This document shows positions 28,268 through 38,190 of a stretch of 56,182 bases of DNA, piece by piece. Position 1 is the stretch's first letter. Each line of letters starts with the position of its first letter. The notes under the pieces are model-generated. The model was not told the origin of the DNA. It was given only the letters and a program-made list of their open reading frames with translations, and did no database searches. This DNA comes from an uncultured Acidobacteriaceae bacterium. GTDB lineage: Bacteria > Acidobacteriota > Terriglobia > Terriglobales > Acidobacteriaceae. The stretch lies in assembly GCA_964248025.1 (NCBI GenBank), contig CAXTWU010000001.1, forward strand, positions 1-56,182, read 5' to 3'. A program made the translations under genes and the position numbers.

Positions 28268-29623
28268 ATGTCGTTTGCCCTTGTTTCCATCGCATCCATG
28301 CTCATTGTTCTGGGCATCATGGTCCTGGTTCATGAGACCGGCCACTTCATCACGGCCAAGCTGTGCGGCGTGCGCGTTGAGGTCTTTTCCATCGGTTTCG
28401 GCAAGCGGCTGTTCGGTTTTCGCCGCGGCGACACGGACTATCGCATCAGCCTCCTCCCGCTGGGCGGCTACGTCAAGATGGCGGGCGAGCTGCCGGGGGA
28501 CGAGTCCGCGCACGACCCGGCCGAGTTCAACGCCAGGCCTCGCTGGCAGCGCATCCTGATCGGGCTTTCCGGTCCGGTGTCGAATTTTTTGCTGGCCTTC
28601 GCACTCATGACCGGGCTTTACATGATGCATAACGAGGTGGACGCCTACCTGAACGGGCCGGCGATCATTGACTTCGTTCCGGCAAATACGCCGGCCGCCG
28701 CCGCGGGTTTGCAGGCCGGCGATCGCATCGTTCGCTTTGACAAGGAGCAGAGCCCGGATTGGCAACAGGTCGGCATGCGCATCGGCATTGACGGGACAGC
28801 CACCGTGCCGGTTATGGTCGCGCGAGCTTCCGGCGAAACCACGGTCCAGCTGCCGCTGGCCGGGGCTATGAGCAAGGACGGGCCCGACCCGACGGCTCTC
28901 GGCCTGGAGCCGCGCATCCAGGCCGGACCGCTGATCGTCCGCGAGGTGGAGCCGGGCTTTCCGCTGCAAAAGGCCGGCGTTCGCCCGGGCGATGTGCTCG
29001 AATCCTTGAACGGCCTGACTTTCCACTCGGTCGGCTCGGTCGCTGCCTACCTCAAGCAGAACGGCGACAAGCCGGTGGCGCTTACGGTCAGGCGTGGTTC
29101 ACAGACTCTCCCGTTCACGGTCACCCCGGTCCAGGGCGACAATGGGGCCGGGCAGCAGGGCTGGCGCTTAGGGTTTCGCCCTCAGCCGCCGCCGTTCACG
29201 GTCGAACAGGAGCCGTTCGGCAAGGCTGCGGCGCGCTCGTTTCACTACAACGTGCAAAGCTCAGGCCAGATTTTTGAAGTGATGCGACGGCTCTTTTCGC
29301 GTCATTCCAACGTAAAGCAGCTAAGCGGCCCGGTCGGCATCGCACGGGCGACCGGCGAAGCCGCGCTGATGCCCGGCTGGCAGCCCATTATCAACCTGAT
29401 GGCCATGATCAGCCTTAACCTGGGCATCTTCAACCTGCTGCCGTTCCCGATCTTGGACGGCGGCATGATCCTGCTGCTGCTGATCGAGTCGGCCCTGCGC
29501 CATGACCTGAACCAGCAGGTGAAAGAGCGTATCTACCAGGCCGCATTTGTGGTGCTGATCCTGTTCTTTGTCTTTGTCACGTTCAATGACGTGTCGCGGA
29601 TTGCAGGGTTTTCGAAGTTGTAG
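28268..29623 (+). CDS. rseP: RIP metalloprotease RseP (M50, PDZ domains)
   Basis: HETGH, LGGYVKM, two PDZ-like segments and NLLPFPILDGG; cdsA-dxr-rseP synteny. Confidence 0.95.
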   Translation: MSFALVSIASMLIVLGIMVLVHETGHFITAKLCGVRVEVFSIGFGKRLFGFRRGDTDYRISLLPLGGYVKMAGELPGDESAHDPAEFNARPRWQRILIGLSGPVSNFLLAFALMTGLYMMHNEVDAYLNGPAIIDFVPANTPAAAAGLQAGDRIVRFDKEQSPDWQQVGMRIGIDGTATVPVMVARASGETTVQLPLAGAMSKDGPDPTALGLEPRIQAGPLIVREVEPGFPLQKAGVRPGDVLESLNGLTFHSVGSVAAYLKQNGDKPVALTVRRGSQTLPFTVTPVQGDNGAGQQGWRLGFRPQPPPFTVEQEPFGKAAARSFHYNVQSSGQIFEVMRRLFSRHSNVKQLSGPVGIARATGEAALMPGWQPIINLMAMISLNLGIFNLLPFPILDGGMILLLLIESALRHDLNQQVKERIYQAAFVVLILFFVFVTFNDVSRIAGFSKL

Positions 29624-29708
29624 ACGCCTGTATGGGAGCGGCGATCTCCACGTTTGTAAGAGCCGCGCCGACGCACTCGAGGCAGCAGCCGCGGATCGGC
29701 TTAGGACG

Positions 29709-30989
29709 TTACGCCCACTCCCCCGCGCGCATCACCGGCTCCCGCTCCCCGCTTGCGGTCACCCCGTCGATGTCCAAAGCGCCAGAACCGATCATCCAGT
29801 CCACGTGGATCAGGCTTTCATTGGCGCCGCGAGCTGCCAGCTCCGCCGGGCTTAACCGGTCCCCATCTTCCACGCAGGTGCTGTAAGCCTGGCCCATGGC
29901 GATGTGCGAAGCCGCATTCTCATCGAACAGCGTGTTGGAGAACAGCAACCCGCTGGCCGAGATCGGCGACGAGTGCGGCACCAGCGCCACCTCACCCAGG
30001 CGCCCCGCGCCCTCGTCGGTCACCAGCATGCGCTCCAGCACTTCCTGGCCGGTTTTGGCCCTGGCTTCCACCACGCGGCCGCCCTCAAAGCGCACCGCGA
30101 TCTCCTCAATCAGCGTGCCCTGGTACGACAGCGGCTTGGTGGAGCGAACGGTCCCGTGCACCCGCTCTTTGTGCGGGGTGGTGAACACTTCCTCGGTCGG
30201 GATGTTGGGCAGGCACTCAATGCCGTTCAGCGCGGTGGTACCGCCGCCTAGCCACAGGTGCCCGTCCGCGAGGCCGATCTCCAGATTGGTGCCGGGGCCG
30301 GCGTAGCGCAGGGCGGCATAGCGTTTTGCGTTCAGACGGGCGGCGCGCTCACGCAGGGCAGCGCTGTGCTGCTTCCACCCGGCCACCGGGTCGGGCCCGT
30401 CCATGCGCGAGGCCGTCAGGATCGCGTCCCACAGCTTTTCCATCGCGACGGGCTCGGGCTCACCCGGAAACACGATGGCAGCCCAGGCGGGAGTCGCCGC
30501 TGCCACGATCGACCAGTTGATCTCGTGCCGGGTAATCAGCTCGAGCGCGGGCCGATAGGCTTTGGAGGTCGCCACGTTTGCGCGTGAAACGTGGTCCGGG
30601 TTCTGCCCAGCCAGCAGCGAAGGATTGCTGCCCGTGATCGCCAACCGCGCCGAACCTGACCGGAACGCCTGCGCGATGCCCTCAAAAAGCCAGGTTGGAG
30701 CATGGTCGAAGCTTTCCGCGCCAGCGTGCCTGTACCGGGCCAGCGTCGTTTCGTCGTCGCTGTAAAGCGTCGTGACCACGGACGCGCCGGCCTGGTAGGC
30801 ATAGCCGGTGATCCGCCGGACAAGATCGACCGCCTCTAACGGGGCGGAGATCAGCAGTTGTTGTCCAGACCGCAGTCCGAGCCCCGACGCAACCGCGACG
30901 CGAGCCAGCGTGTCGATGCGGCCGGGAAGGGAAGAGGCGAGTGAGGAGGCCAACGGGGAGAAAGAAGCAGCTGCAGTGGAGGTCGGCAT
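29709..30989 (-). CDS. aminopeptidase, M29 (AmpS/PepS) family
   Basis: NIPTEEVFTTP, LGEVALV, LFDENAASHIA and NESLIHVDWMIG. Confidence 0.92.
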   Translation of the reverse strand: MPTSTAAASFSPLASSLASSLPGRIDTLARVAVASGLGLRSGQQLLISAPLEAVDLVRRITGYAYQAGASVVTTLYSDDETTLARYRHAGAESFDHAPTWLFEGIAQAFRSGSARLAITGSNPSLLAGQNPDHVSRANVATSKAYRPALELITRHEINWSIVAAATPAWAAIVFPGEPEPVAMEKLWDAILTASRMDGPDPVAGWKQHSAALRERAARLNAKRYAALRYAGPGTNLEIGLADGHLWLGGGTTALNGIECLPNIPTEEVFTTPHKERVHGTVRSTKPLSYQGTLIEEIAVRFEGGRVVEARAKTGQEVLERMLVTDEGAGRLGEVALVPHSSPISASGLLFSNTLFDENAASHIAMGQAYSTCVEDGDRLSPAELAARGANESLIHVDWMIGSGALDIDGVTASGEREPVMRAGEWA

Positions 30990-31029
30990 AGGGATTCAGT
31001 CTACCGCCGCGAGCCGCGCTGATGACCTT

Positions 31030-32328
31030 CTAAGCGGGACCCTCCAGCGTTGAAGCGGCCGCATGCCCCTGCCCGGTTCGGACGAGTTTGGCCGCCAGCA
31101 CCAGGACGAGATTGAGGCTGAACAGGACCCAGAAGATACTGGGCAGCCCGGCCTTGTGCGCGAGCAGTCCCAGCAGGGGCGGGCCGACCAGCAGCCCGGC
31201 ATAGCCTACTCCGACCGCAGTCGAAAGCCCCTCGCCCGGTGCAAACCCCGGCATGGTGCCAGCCGTGCGGTACAGCACCGGCGATGCATTTGCCAGGCCG
31301 ATCCCCGCAAGGGCAAACCCGAGCAGCAGCAGCGGCAGAGGCATGGCCAGCAGAATCAGCAGCATGCCAGCCGCGCTTACGGTGCCGCCGAGGCGCAACG
31401 CCCATAGCTCGCCGGTATGCGCTACCAGCCGGTCGCCCAGAAAACGGCCCAGCACCATGAAACCGGCAAAGCAGGTGTATCCGTATCCGGATGCGCCGTT
31501 CGGCATATGGTGCACCACCCGCAGCAGCAGGGCGCTCCAATCGCCCATGGCGCCCTCGCACACCATGGCCGAGAAGCAAAGAACGCCGAGCAACAGCAGA
31601 AACGGATGCGGCATGCGCGCCGGCAACAGGGCCCGCCAGCCGGTATGCGCCCCTGCCAGTTGCTTGGGAATCTGATCCTTGGCGTTTTCTGCCCGTTCCA
31701 CGGCACGGGGGAGTAAAAAAGGAGCCAAAACGACGACCAGCGCCAACAACACCAAGCCAAAGCCCGGGACCAGCCACTTGTCAGGTACGTGGCGCGACAT
31801 CAAAAAACTCTGGATGCCTGCACCCGCAAAGCACCCGACGCTGAAAACAGCATGAAAAAAGGAGACCGTCCGTTGGCCGAGCAGCTTTTCCAGCAGCACG
31901 CCATGCGTGTTCATCGACACATCCATCGCCGAAGCAGCAAAGCCGGTCAGAAACAAAACACCGATCACCGACCGGACGGTCGGCAGCAGGATCGCGACGC
32001 TCAGCAAGGCAGGGAACAACAAGCCGGACAACAGCGCAACGGGTCCGGAACCATAGCGCCGCAGAAGAGGGCCGGAGATCGGCATGGAGCAAACAGCGCC
32101 GATACCCGCGGCCAGAAGCACCGATCCGAGCTGTGCCTCGTTCAGATGGAGAACACGGCTCCGCTCCGGGATATGCGGTACCCAGGAGCCCACTGCAGCT
32201 CCATTTACGAGAAAAAGCGCCGCAACCGCCGCCTGGGCGTGTCGCAAACGCCGGACCGGCATCTTCGCGGGCGCGGAGGCGTGAGCCGCGTGAGACGGGG
32301 TCGTGATCTCTGAGATTTCCTCAAGCAT
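31030..32328 (-). CDS. MFS transporter
   Basis: About 12 TM segments, D..MN and EGAMGDWS; start uncertain, ATG 32328 chosen because it follows a TACCTT box. Confidence 0.85.
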   Translation of the reverse strand: MLEEISEITTPSHAAHASAPAKMPVRRLRHAQAAVAALFLVNGAAVGSWVPHIPERSRVLHLNEAQLGSVLLAAGIGAVCSMPISGPLLRRYGSGPVALLSGLLFPALLSVAILLPTVRSVIGVLFLTGFAASAMDVSMNTHGVLLEKLLGQRTVSFFHAVFSVGCFAGAGIQSFLMSRHVPDKWLVPGFGLVLLALVVVLAPFLLPRAVERAENAKDQIPKQLAGAHTGWRALLPARMPHPFLLLLGVLCFSAMVCEGAMGDWSALLLRVVHHMPNGASGYGYTCFAGFMVLGRFLGDRLVAHTGELWALRLGGTVSAAGMLLILLAMPLPLLLLGFALAGIGLANASPVLYRTAGTMPGFAPGEGLSTAVGVGYAGLLVGPPLLGLLAHKAGLPSIFWVLFSLNLVLVLAAKLVRTGQGHAAASTLEGPA

Positions 32329-32422
32329 TCCCTTAAAGGTACACGCCCAGGGGTGGAGGCCTGTAGAGAGGCTGAAGCTCACGGTACCCAGGCGCTTCCG
32401 TCACGGCCCGGTACACTGCCTT

Positions 32423-32869
32423 ATGAAGTTCACCACCAGCCTTCGTGTGCGCTACGCTGAAACCGACCAGATGGGCGTTGTTTACCATGGCCACTACTTC
32501 TCCTGGTTTGAGATAGGGCGCGTGGAAATGATGCGTTCGCTGGGGTTTTCGTATTCGCGCATGGAACAGGAGGAAGACTGCATGTTGCCCGTCGTAGAGG
32601 CTTCGTGCCGCTACCGCCGGCCGGCCCGGTATGACGAGATGCTCACCCTGGTGACCCTGGTGCAAGCGCTTCGCGGTGCCGTGGTGGTGTTTTCGTACCA
32701 GCTGTTTCGGGCCGGCACCCTCTTGGCAGATGCGGAAACCAAGCATGTGGCCGTCAGCCGGACTCTTGAGCGCAGGCGCCTGCCGGAGGCATACCGGGCG
32801 GCCCTGTTGCAGGCTCTGGTTGAAGGCGCGGGCGAAAGCATGGATGCCCCCGGAGTCTCCGCGATCTAG
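32423..32869 (+). CDS. acyl-CoA thioesterase, YbgC/FadM (4HBT) family
   Basis: RVRYAETDQMGVVYH, FEIGR and YRRPARYD. Confidence 0.9.
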   Translation: MKFTTSLRVRYAETDQMGVVYHGHYFSWFEIGRVEMMRSLGFSYSRMEQEEDCMLPVVEASCRYRRPARYDEMLTLVTLVQALRGAVVVFSYQLFRAGTLLADAETKHVAVSRTLERRRLPEAYRAALLQALVEGAGESMDAPGVSAI

Positions 32870-32873
32870 CGTC

Positions 32874-33758
32874 CTAATACTCCGTCGAACGGGGAGTCGC
32901 CGGCGGCACCGCGACCGTGCTGCGACCGGTCCCAGGGATCACGGTTCTTTGCAGGTCATGATGCAGGGAGTACAGGGCCAGTTCCAGCCGGTCGGAAACC
33001 CCGAGCTTGTCGTAGATTTTGCGCAGATAGTTTTTTACAACCTGTTCGCTGGTGCCGATATGGTGCGCAATCTCCTTGTTTCGCTTGCCCTGGCTGATAT
33101 AGGTGATGATCGAGATCTCCTTGGGAGAAAGCCGGGGCGCTACCTTGGTCGTCAGCCCTTGCGTCGCTTGCAGCCGATAGGCATCAATCAGCAGGGTTAG
33201 CGACTGATTGTCGATCCAGGTCTCTCCTGAAGCGACCTTGCGGACACAGCGCAGCAGCAGATCGGGGGAGATCGCACGCGAGATGGTGCCGCGTACCCCG
33301 TTGCGGTAAAGCTCGATCATGCGGTTTTCGTCCGCGATCGCGCCCTGCACAATCATTTTGACCGGCGAAGGCCCTGCCTTGATCAGCTCCGGCACAAACT
33401 CCGTATGGCCGCCCAGGATATTCCAGTCCAGCAGCAGCACGTCGGCCGAGTGCTGCTTCAGGGTCGAGCGGAGATTCGGAAGGCTGTCCGCCTGGGCAAT
33501 GACATGGATATCGGGCTCGGCTGCGAACACCTTGCTGATGCCGACGCGAAAGATCGCCTGGGCGTCAGCCAGGATGACCCGGACCGGGTGTTCACGATGC
33601 GCCACCATGGTGTTGCCGGGCGAAGTTGCAGGATAGCTCGCTGCCGGCCTGGGAAAAGTTGGCGGCTGGCTGCCGGAGGCCTGCGTCCCATTGGCGGGCC
33701 GCTGCCTGTCATTGCCGCTGTTGCCGGGCGTGTTCGTGAGGTCGGGTTGGGTGGACAA
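32874..33758 (-). CDS. NarL/LuxR-family response regulator with degenerate receiver; start uncertain
   Basis: Receiver-like RVILAD..LLLD; LuxR HTH LSPKE..GKRNKEIA..SEQVVKNYLRKIYDKLGVSDR. Confidence 0.88.
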   Translation of the reverse strand: MSTQPDLTNTPGNSGNDRQRPANGTQASGSQPPTFPRPAASYPATSPGNTMVAHREHPVRVILADAQAIFRVGISKVFAAEPDIHVIAQADSLPNLRSTLKQHSADVLLLDWNILGGHTEFVPELIKAGPSPVKMIVQGAIADENRMIELYRNGVRGTISRAISPDLLLRCVRKVASGETWIDNQSLTLLIDAYRLQATQGLTTKVAPRLSPKEISIITYISQGKRNKEIAHHIGTSEQVVKNYLRKIYDKLGVSDRLELALYSLHHDLQRTVIPGTGRSTVAVPPATPRSTEY

Positions 33759-33785
33759 AGGCTTGCCTGTAACCTTTCCTGCTGC

Positions 33786-34088
33786 CTACTGAAATCGGTA
33801 CTCGTCAATCACCGCGGCGATGTAGCATTGGCCGTCTTCACTGTAGCTTCGAGTGACATGCCCGGCACAGTGGATCGCGGCAGTCGTGTCGTTCAGTGTT
33901 ACTTCTTTCGGAACTTCCAGCAAAAACTCCAATCCTGCGTTGGCGGACACTGTTTGCGGTGCCCGCAACAGCACCCCATTATGGGAGATGTTCACGGTCA
34001 CGGCCTTTACCTCTTCACCGTTCACCATCAACAGCACAGGCAGGTGCATCGGGAACCGGACCGCGCTTCGAAGTTCTTCCCAAACCAT
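33786..34088 (-). CDS. stand-alone PilZ-domain protein
   Basis: RxxxR (RSAVR) and (D/N)xSxxG (NISHNG) c-di-GMP-binding motifs. Confidence 0.85.
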   Translation of the reverse strand: MVWEELRSAVRFPMHLPVLLMVNGEEVKAVTVNISHNGVLLRAPQTVSANAGLEFLLEVPKEVTLNDTTAAIHCAGHVTRSYSEDGQCYIAAVIDEYRFQ

Positions 34089-34486
34089 GGCTCGAGCTCG
34101 CCTTCACCGAAAAAAGTGCAAGACCAAAAGAACCGCCCGGGCGAAATTCCTGCGTGCGAGGAATGCGCGCGATGCGTGTGTCTCTCGGATGAACCGACAC
34201 CGGCATAATTCTCGACATTCTACACCGCAGAAAGGGCCATGTATCTACCCCGAACGAGGCACCGCCCGGTGTGTGTCCTGAAATGAGACAACGGGGCTGC
34301 GGCCGCCTCCCGAGCCGCCGCTCCCTCAATCGGGGAACCAGCTCTGCCAGTCTGCGAGGAACCCGCATGCATGGATCGGCGGGACAGGTTGCGCCCGCCG
34401 GAAAGGCTCATGCACACTGGAAGCAGCGCCGGGAAGCTGTGGCGCAGCAGGGAAGCGTCTGGCCGCGACCCCGATGAAAGGTCGCG

Positions 34487-35749
34487 ATGCCGCAAGCGTT
34501 TCGTCAAGGGTTAACTGCGTGGCGTGCATTGCGTCCGGCGCAGCGACACGCTTTTGTGGCCTGCTTTCTGGGCTGGACCCTGGACAGCTTCGATTACTTT
34601 CTTCTGGTCTTTTCGATCCCGGCGATCTCGGCGGAGTTCCGCGCGGGCGTCCCGGCCGTCACCAACGCCTTGTTTTTGACCCTTGCCTTTCGCCCCGTCG
34701 GCGCGTTGCTGTTCGGGGCCATGGCAGAGCACTACGGGCGCCGTCCGACCCTGATGCTGAACATCGCCTGCTACTCGGCCCTGCAACTTGGGTGTGCTTT
34801 CGCGCCCTCGCTTTCTGTTCTGCTGGTGTTACGGGCCTTGTTTGGCGTGGCCATGGGTGGGGAGTGGGGCGTGGGCGCCGCCCTCGCTTTTGAAACCCTG
34901 CCCGCCGAGGGCCGGGGCTTTTACTCAGGCGTGCTGCAACAGGGTTACTCGTTTGGAGCCCTGCTGGCATCGCTGGCCTTTGGAATCCTGTTCCTGCCCT
35001 TGTCGCACCTGCACGTTCTCGGCTCCTCACTGGCTTGGCGGGGCCTGTTCGCCGTGGGGGCGCTGCCGGCGCTGCTTACGTTCTACATCGGCAGCCGCGT
35101 GGAAGAATCGCCGGTCTGGCGGGCGCGCGCGCGGTCCTCGCATGAGCCCCTCCTGTGGGTCCGGAGCCTGCGCAGCCACGGCGGTGTTTTTGTGTTTCTG
35201 GTGTTGCTGATGACCGGTTTCAACGCGTTCTCGCACGGCAGCATGGACCTGTACCCGACCTTTCTGATCCGCGACCGCCACGCCGGGCCGCATGCGACCG
35301 GCTTGATCGGGGTTGCGCTGAACCTTGGAGCGATCGCTGGCGGAGTGGTTTTCGGTTCGCTGTCCGAGCGCTGGGGCCGCAAGCGCACCATTGTCACCGC
35401 CGCCCTTTCGGCGATCCCGTGCGTGCCGCTGTACGCCTTTGCTCACTCGCTTTGGGCCCTGGCTGCAGGCGCGTTTCTGCTGTTGTTCATGGTGCAGGGG
35501 GCCTGGGGTGTGGTCCCGGCCTACCTGAATGAGCTTTCTCCCGGACCCGTTCGGGCCATCTTTCCTGGCCTCGCCTACCAGCTTGGCAATCTTTTGGCGT
35601 CGCGCATCAGCGTTGTGCAAAGCCGGGTGGCGCTGCGCTTCGGCTCGCTCGGCCCGGTGCTGGCTGTTTCGGTCGTGGTCGTCGCCATTTACGTCTCAGT
35701 GGTGACGTCGCTCGGACGAGAGCCGGAGCGCCGGGAGCTCACCGATTGA
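34487..35749 (+). CDS. MFS transporter, sialate/carboxylate:H+ symporter (SHS/NanT/JEN-like) family
   Basis: GWTLDSFD, RPVGALLFG, YGRR, MGGEWG, SHGSMDLYPTFL, QGAWGVVP and YQLGNL. Confidence 0.85.
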   Translation: MPQAFRQGLTAWRALRPAQRHAFVACFLGWTLDSFDYFLLVFSIPAISAEFRAGVPAVTNALFLTLAFRPVGALLFGAMAEHYGRRPTLMLNIACYSALQLGCAFAPSLSVLLVLRALFGVAMGGEWGVGAALAFETLPAEGRGFYSGVLQQGYSFGALLASLAFGILFLPLSHLHVLGSSLAWRGLFAVGALPALLTFYIGSRVEESPVWRARARSSHEPLLWVRSLRSHGGVFVFLVLLMTGFNAFSHGSMDLYPTFLIRDRHAGPHATGLIGVALNLGAIAGGVVFGSLSERWGRKRTIVTAALSAIPCVPLYAFAHSLWALAAGAFLLLFMVQGAWGVVPAYLNELSPGPVRAIFPGLAYQLGNLLASRISVVQSRVALRFGSLGPVLAVSVVVVAIYVSVVTSLGREPERRELTD

Positions 35750-35753
35750 AGAA

Positions 35754-35770
35754 GTTACACTTCCGTAACT
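35754..35770 (+). promoter_or_regulatory. candidate OmpR/PhoB-type box upstream of phoU (or hairpin after the MFS gene)
   Basis: GTTACA and GTAACT half-sites with an 11-bp period; also forms the inverted repeat AAGTTAC/GTAACTT. Confidence 0.35.
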
Positions 35771-35844
35771 TTCAATGTTCTGAATTTCATGCACAATGAT
35801 ACCGAGGTCGTATCTACCATTTCCTTCGCTGAAGAGGTTCCGCC

Positions 35845-36531
35845 GTGCCGCGCGTTCACTTTCATCAGCAACTTGCGCAGCTTAAAGACAAGCTGCTGGC
35901 CATGGCAGCCTTATCGCAGCAGGCGCTTGAATCGTCGGTCGAGGCCTACCTGAACCGGGATGAGCAAATCTGCCAGTACGTCCGCGAGAACGAAACGGCC
36001 ATCAACATGGCGCAGCGGGAAGTGGACGAGATGAGCTATGAGCTGCTGGCGCAGGAGCAACCCATGGCCATTGACCTGCGCTTTATCCTGGCGGTCATCA
36101 AGATCAACGGCAACCTGGAGCGAATCGGTGACCAGGCCATGAGTATCGCCGAGCGCACGCGCGAGCTGGCGCGTTTGCCCGAGGTCGAAGTGCCGGCTGA
36201 CATCGCCGGCATGCGCGACATCGCCCGCACCATGATCCGGGGTGCCCTGCAGGCTTTGCTGGAAGGCGACTGCAGGCTTGCAACCACTGTGATCGAGATG
36301 GATGACGAGATCGATCGCTTGAACCGCCTGACGCATGAGCGGCTCATCGCCCGTATTGCAAGTGACGCGTCCGTGGCGGAACAGAACCTGCATGGAATCA
36401 TCATCTCGCGAAACCTGGAGCGCATCGCGGATCATGCCGCCAACATCGCGAGCGACGTGATTTTCTGGATCCAGGGGGCCGATATCCGCCACCAGCCGGT
36501 TCTTGTCTCCGCGACCGCCCGCGCTTCCTGA
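35845..36531 (+). CDS. phoU: phosphate signalling complex protein PhoU
   Basis: [18 protein letters not shown] and [14 protein letters not shown] (two PhoU repeats). Confidence 0.93.
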   Translation: MPRVHFHQQLAQLKDKLLAMAALSQQALESSVEAYLNRDEQICQYVRENETAINMAQREVDEMSYELLAQEQPMAIDLRFILAVIKINGNLERIGDQAMSIAERTRELARLPEVEVPADIAGMRDIARTMIRGALQALLEGDCRLATTVIEMDDEIDRLNRLTHERLIARIASDASVAEQNLHGIIISRNLERIADHAANIASDVIFWIQGADIRHQPVLVSATARAS

Positions 36532-36593
36532 ACGGACTTTGCGGCTGCAAAACACTGCCGTCCAAGCAGTCTGCAGCCGGTAAGATAAAGGGC

Positions 36594-37475
36594 ATGGCGG
36601 CTTTGGTGCTGGACGGAAAAGCCTTGGCCCGCGAGCTGGAAACAGAGCTGGCGGCACGGGTGAAGTATTTGGGACAGAGCACAGGCGGCGCGCCTCCCGT
36701 GCTCGCGACCATCCTGGTCGGCGACGATCCCGCGTCGGGGACGTATGTGCGGATGAAAGGCAATGCTTGTCGCCGGGTCGGCATGGAATCGCTGCCTCTG
36801 GCCTTGCCCGAGGCGACGACGGAACGGCAGCTGCTCGGCGTGATCGACGAGCTGAATCGGGACACCCGTGTTCGCGGGATTCTCTTGCAGCACCCGGTGC
36901 CGTCTCATATTCACGAGCGGACCTGCTTTGACCGGATTGCGCCGGAGAAGGATGTGGACGGTGTCACCAGCCTTGGTTTTGGCCGCATGTCGATGAAGGA
37001 ACCTGCGTTCGGCTCGGCTACCCCGGCCGGTATCATGCGGCTGCTTCGCCACTACAGGATCCCGCTCCATGGCAAGCGGGCGACGGTCGTCGGCCGGAGC
37101 GCGATCCTGGGCCGGCCCATGGCCACCATGCTGGATCATGCGAACTGTACGGTGACGCTGTGCCACCGCTACACCGTTGATCTCCGGCGGCACCTCCGGG
37201 ACGCTGAGATCGTCGTCGCCGCCTTGGGGCAGCGTGAGTTCATCCGTGCCGACTGGCTTGCCGATGGGGTGGTGGTCGTCGATGCCGGCTACCATCCGGG
37301 CATGGAGGGCGCGTCTGGGTCCGGCGACGTGGAACTCTCGCCGGAACTGCTGGGCCGTGCTGTCGCTTACACCCCTGTGCCCGGCGGAGTCGGCCCGATG
37401 ACGATTGCGACGCTGATGGCGCAAACTGTGGAGTCGGCCGAGCGGGCCCTGCTGCCGGAAGCAGTTGCCACGTGA
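36594..37475 (+). CDS. folD: bifunctional methylene-THF dehydrogenase/cyclohydrolase
   Basis: [35 protein letters not shown] and [11 protein letters not shown]. Confidence 0.96.
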   Translation: MAALVLDGKALARELETELAARVKYLGQSTGGAPPVLATILVGDDPASGTYVRMKGNACRRVGMESLPLALPEATTERQLLGVIDELNRDTRVRGILLQHPVPSHIHERTCFDRIAPEKDVDGVTSLGFGRMSMKEPAFGSATPAGIMRLLRHYRIPLHGKRATVVGRSAILGRPMATMLDHANCTVTLCHRYTVDLRRHLRDAEIVVAALGQREFIRADWLADGVVVVDAGYHPGMEGASGSGDVELSPELLGRAVAYTPVPGGVGPMTIATLMAQTVESAERALLPEAVAT

Positions 37476-37551
37476 AACACTGCGATTTCCCGTTTCGTGC
37501 TACCGTCGCCAGAGTGCTTCAGCAACCCTGCTAGAGAGAGCCCCATTGATT

Positions 37552-38190
37552 TTGAGACTGCAAGCATGTGTCCTGACCATCGCCCTCACCATGAGCTTTG
37601 CCGCCATGACAGGGGTGGCCGAGGCCCCGCAAGGTTCAGCCGCCAAAAAGGGGTCGAGTCAGCTGCCGACAGGCACGATCTCGATTCACCTGGACCCGGC
37701 TCGCACGTCCGTGCAGTTTGCCGCCGGCTCCTTTCACCGGGTTCATGGAACATTTCAGCTCAAGGGGGGTATGTTTGCGATCGACCCCGGCAGCGGCCTG
37801 GCCCAGGGCGAAATCCTGGTGGACGCGGAGTCTGAAAAGAGCAACGACGCGAAGCTGGATGCGCGGATCAGGAACAAAACACTGGAAAGCCAAAAGTACC
37901 CGGGCATCTTTTTTCATCCTGAAAAGGTTTCGGGCGCACTGCCGGAGACGGACGGAGAGCATCACCTCAAGCTGCAGGGCTCCTTCAACATCCATGGCGG
38001 GGATCACCCCTTGACGGTCGATGTTTTGGCGGTGACCCTCGGCGAAGACGTAGTACTGACGAGCACCTTCGACGTTCCGTATGTGCAATGGGGAATGCAA
38101 GATGCAGGCACTTTCTTCATGCGGAACCGGAACGTTCGCATCCGGGTCGAAAGCCATGGCAAAGCTGAACGCCTCCATGCGGGCAGCTAG
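37552..38190 (+). CDS. YceI-family exported protein; start uncertain
   Basis: Signal-like N-terminus, LDPARTSVQF, VHGTF, LES.KYP.I.F and G.FNIHG. Confidence 0.75.
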   Translation: MRLQACVLTIALTMSFAAMTGVAEAPQGSAAKKGSSQLPTGTISIHLDPARTSVQFAAGSFHRVHGTFQLKGGMFAIDPGSGLAQGEILVDAESEKSNDAKLDARIRNKTLESQKYPGIFFHPEKVSGALPETDGEHHLKLQGSFNIHGGDHPLTVDVLAVTLGEDVVLTSTFDVPYVQWGMQDAGTFFMRNRNVRIRVESHGKAERLHAGS

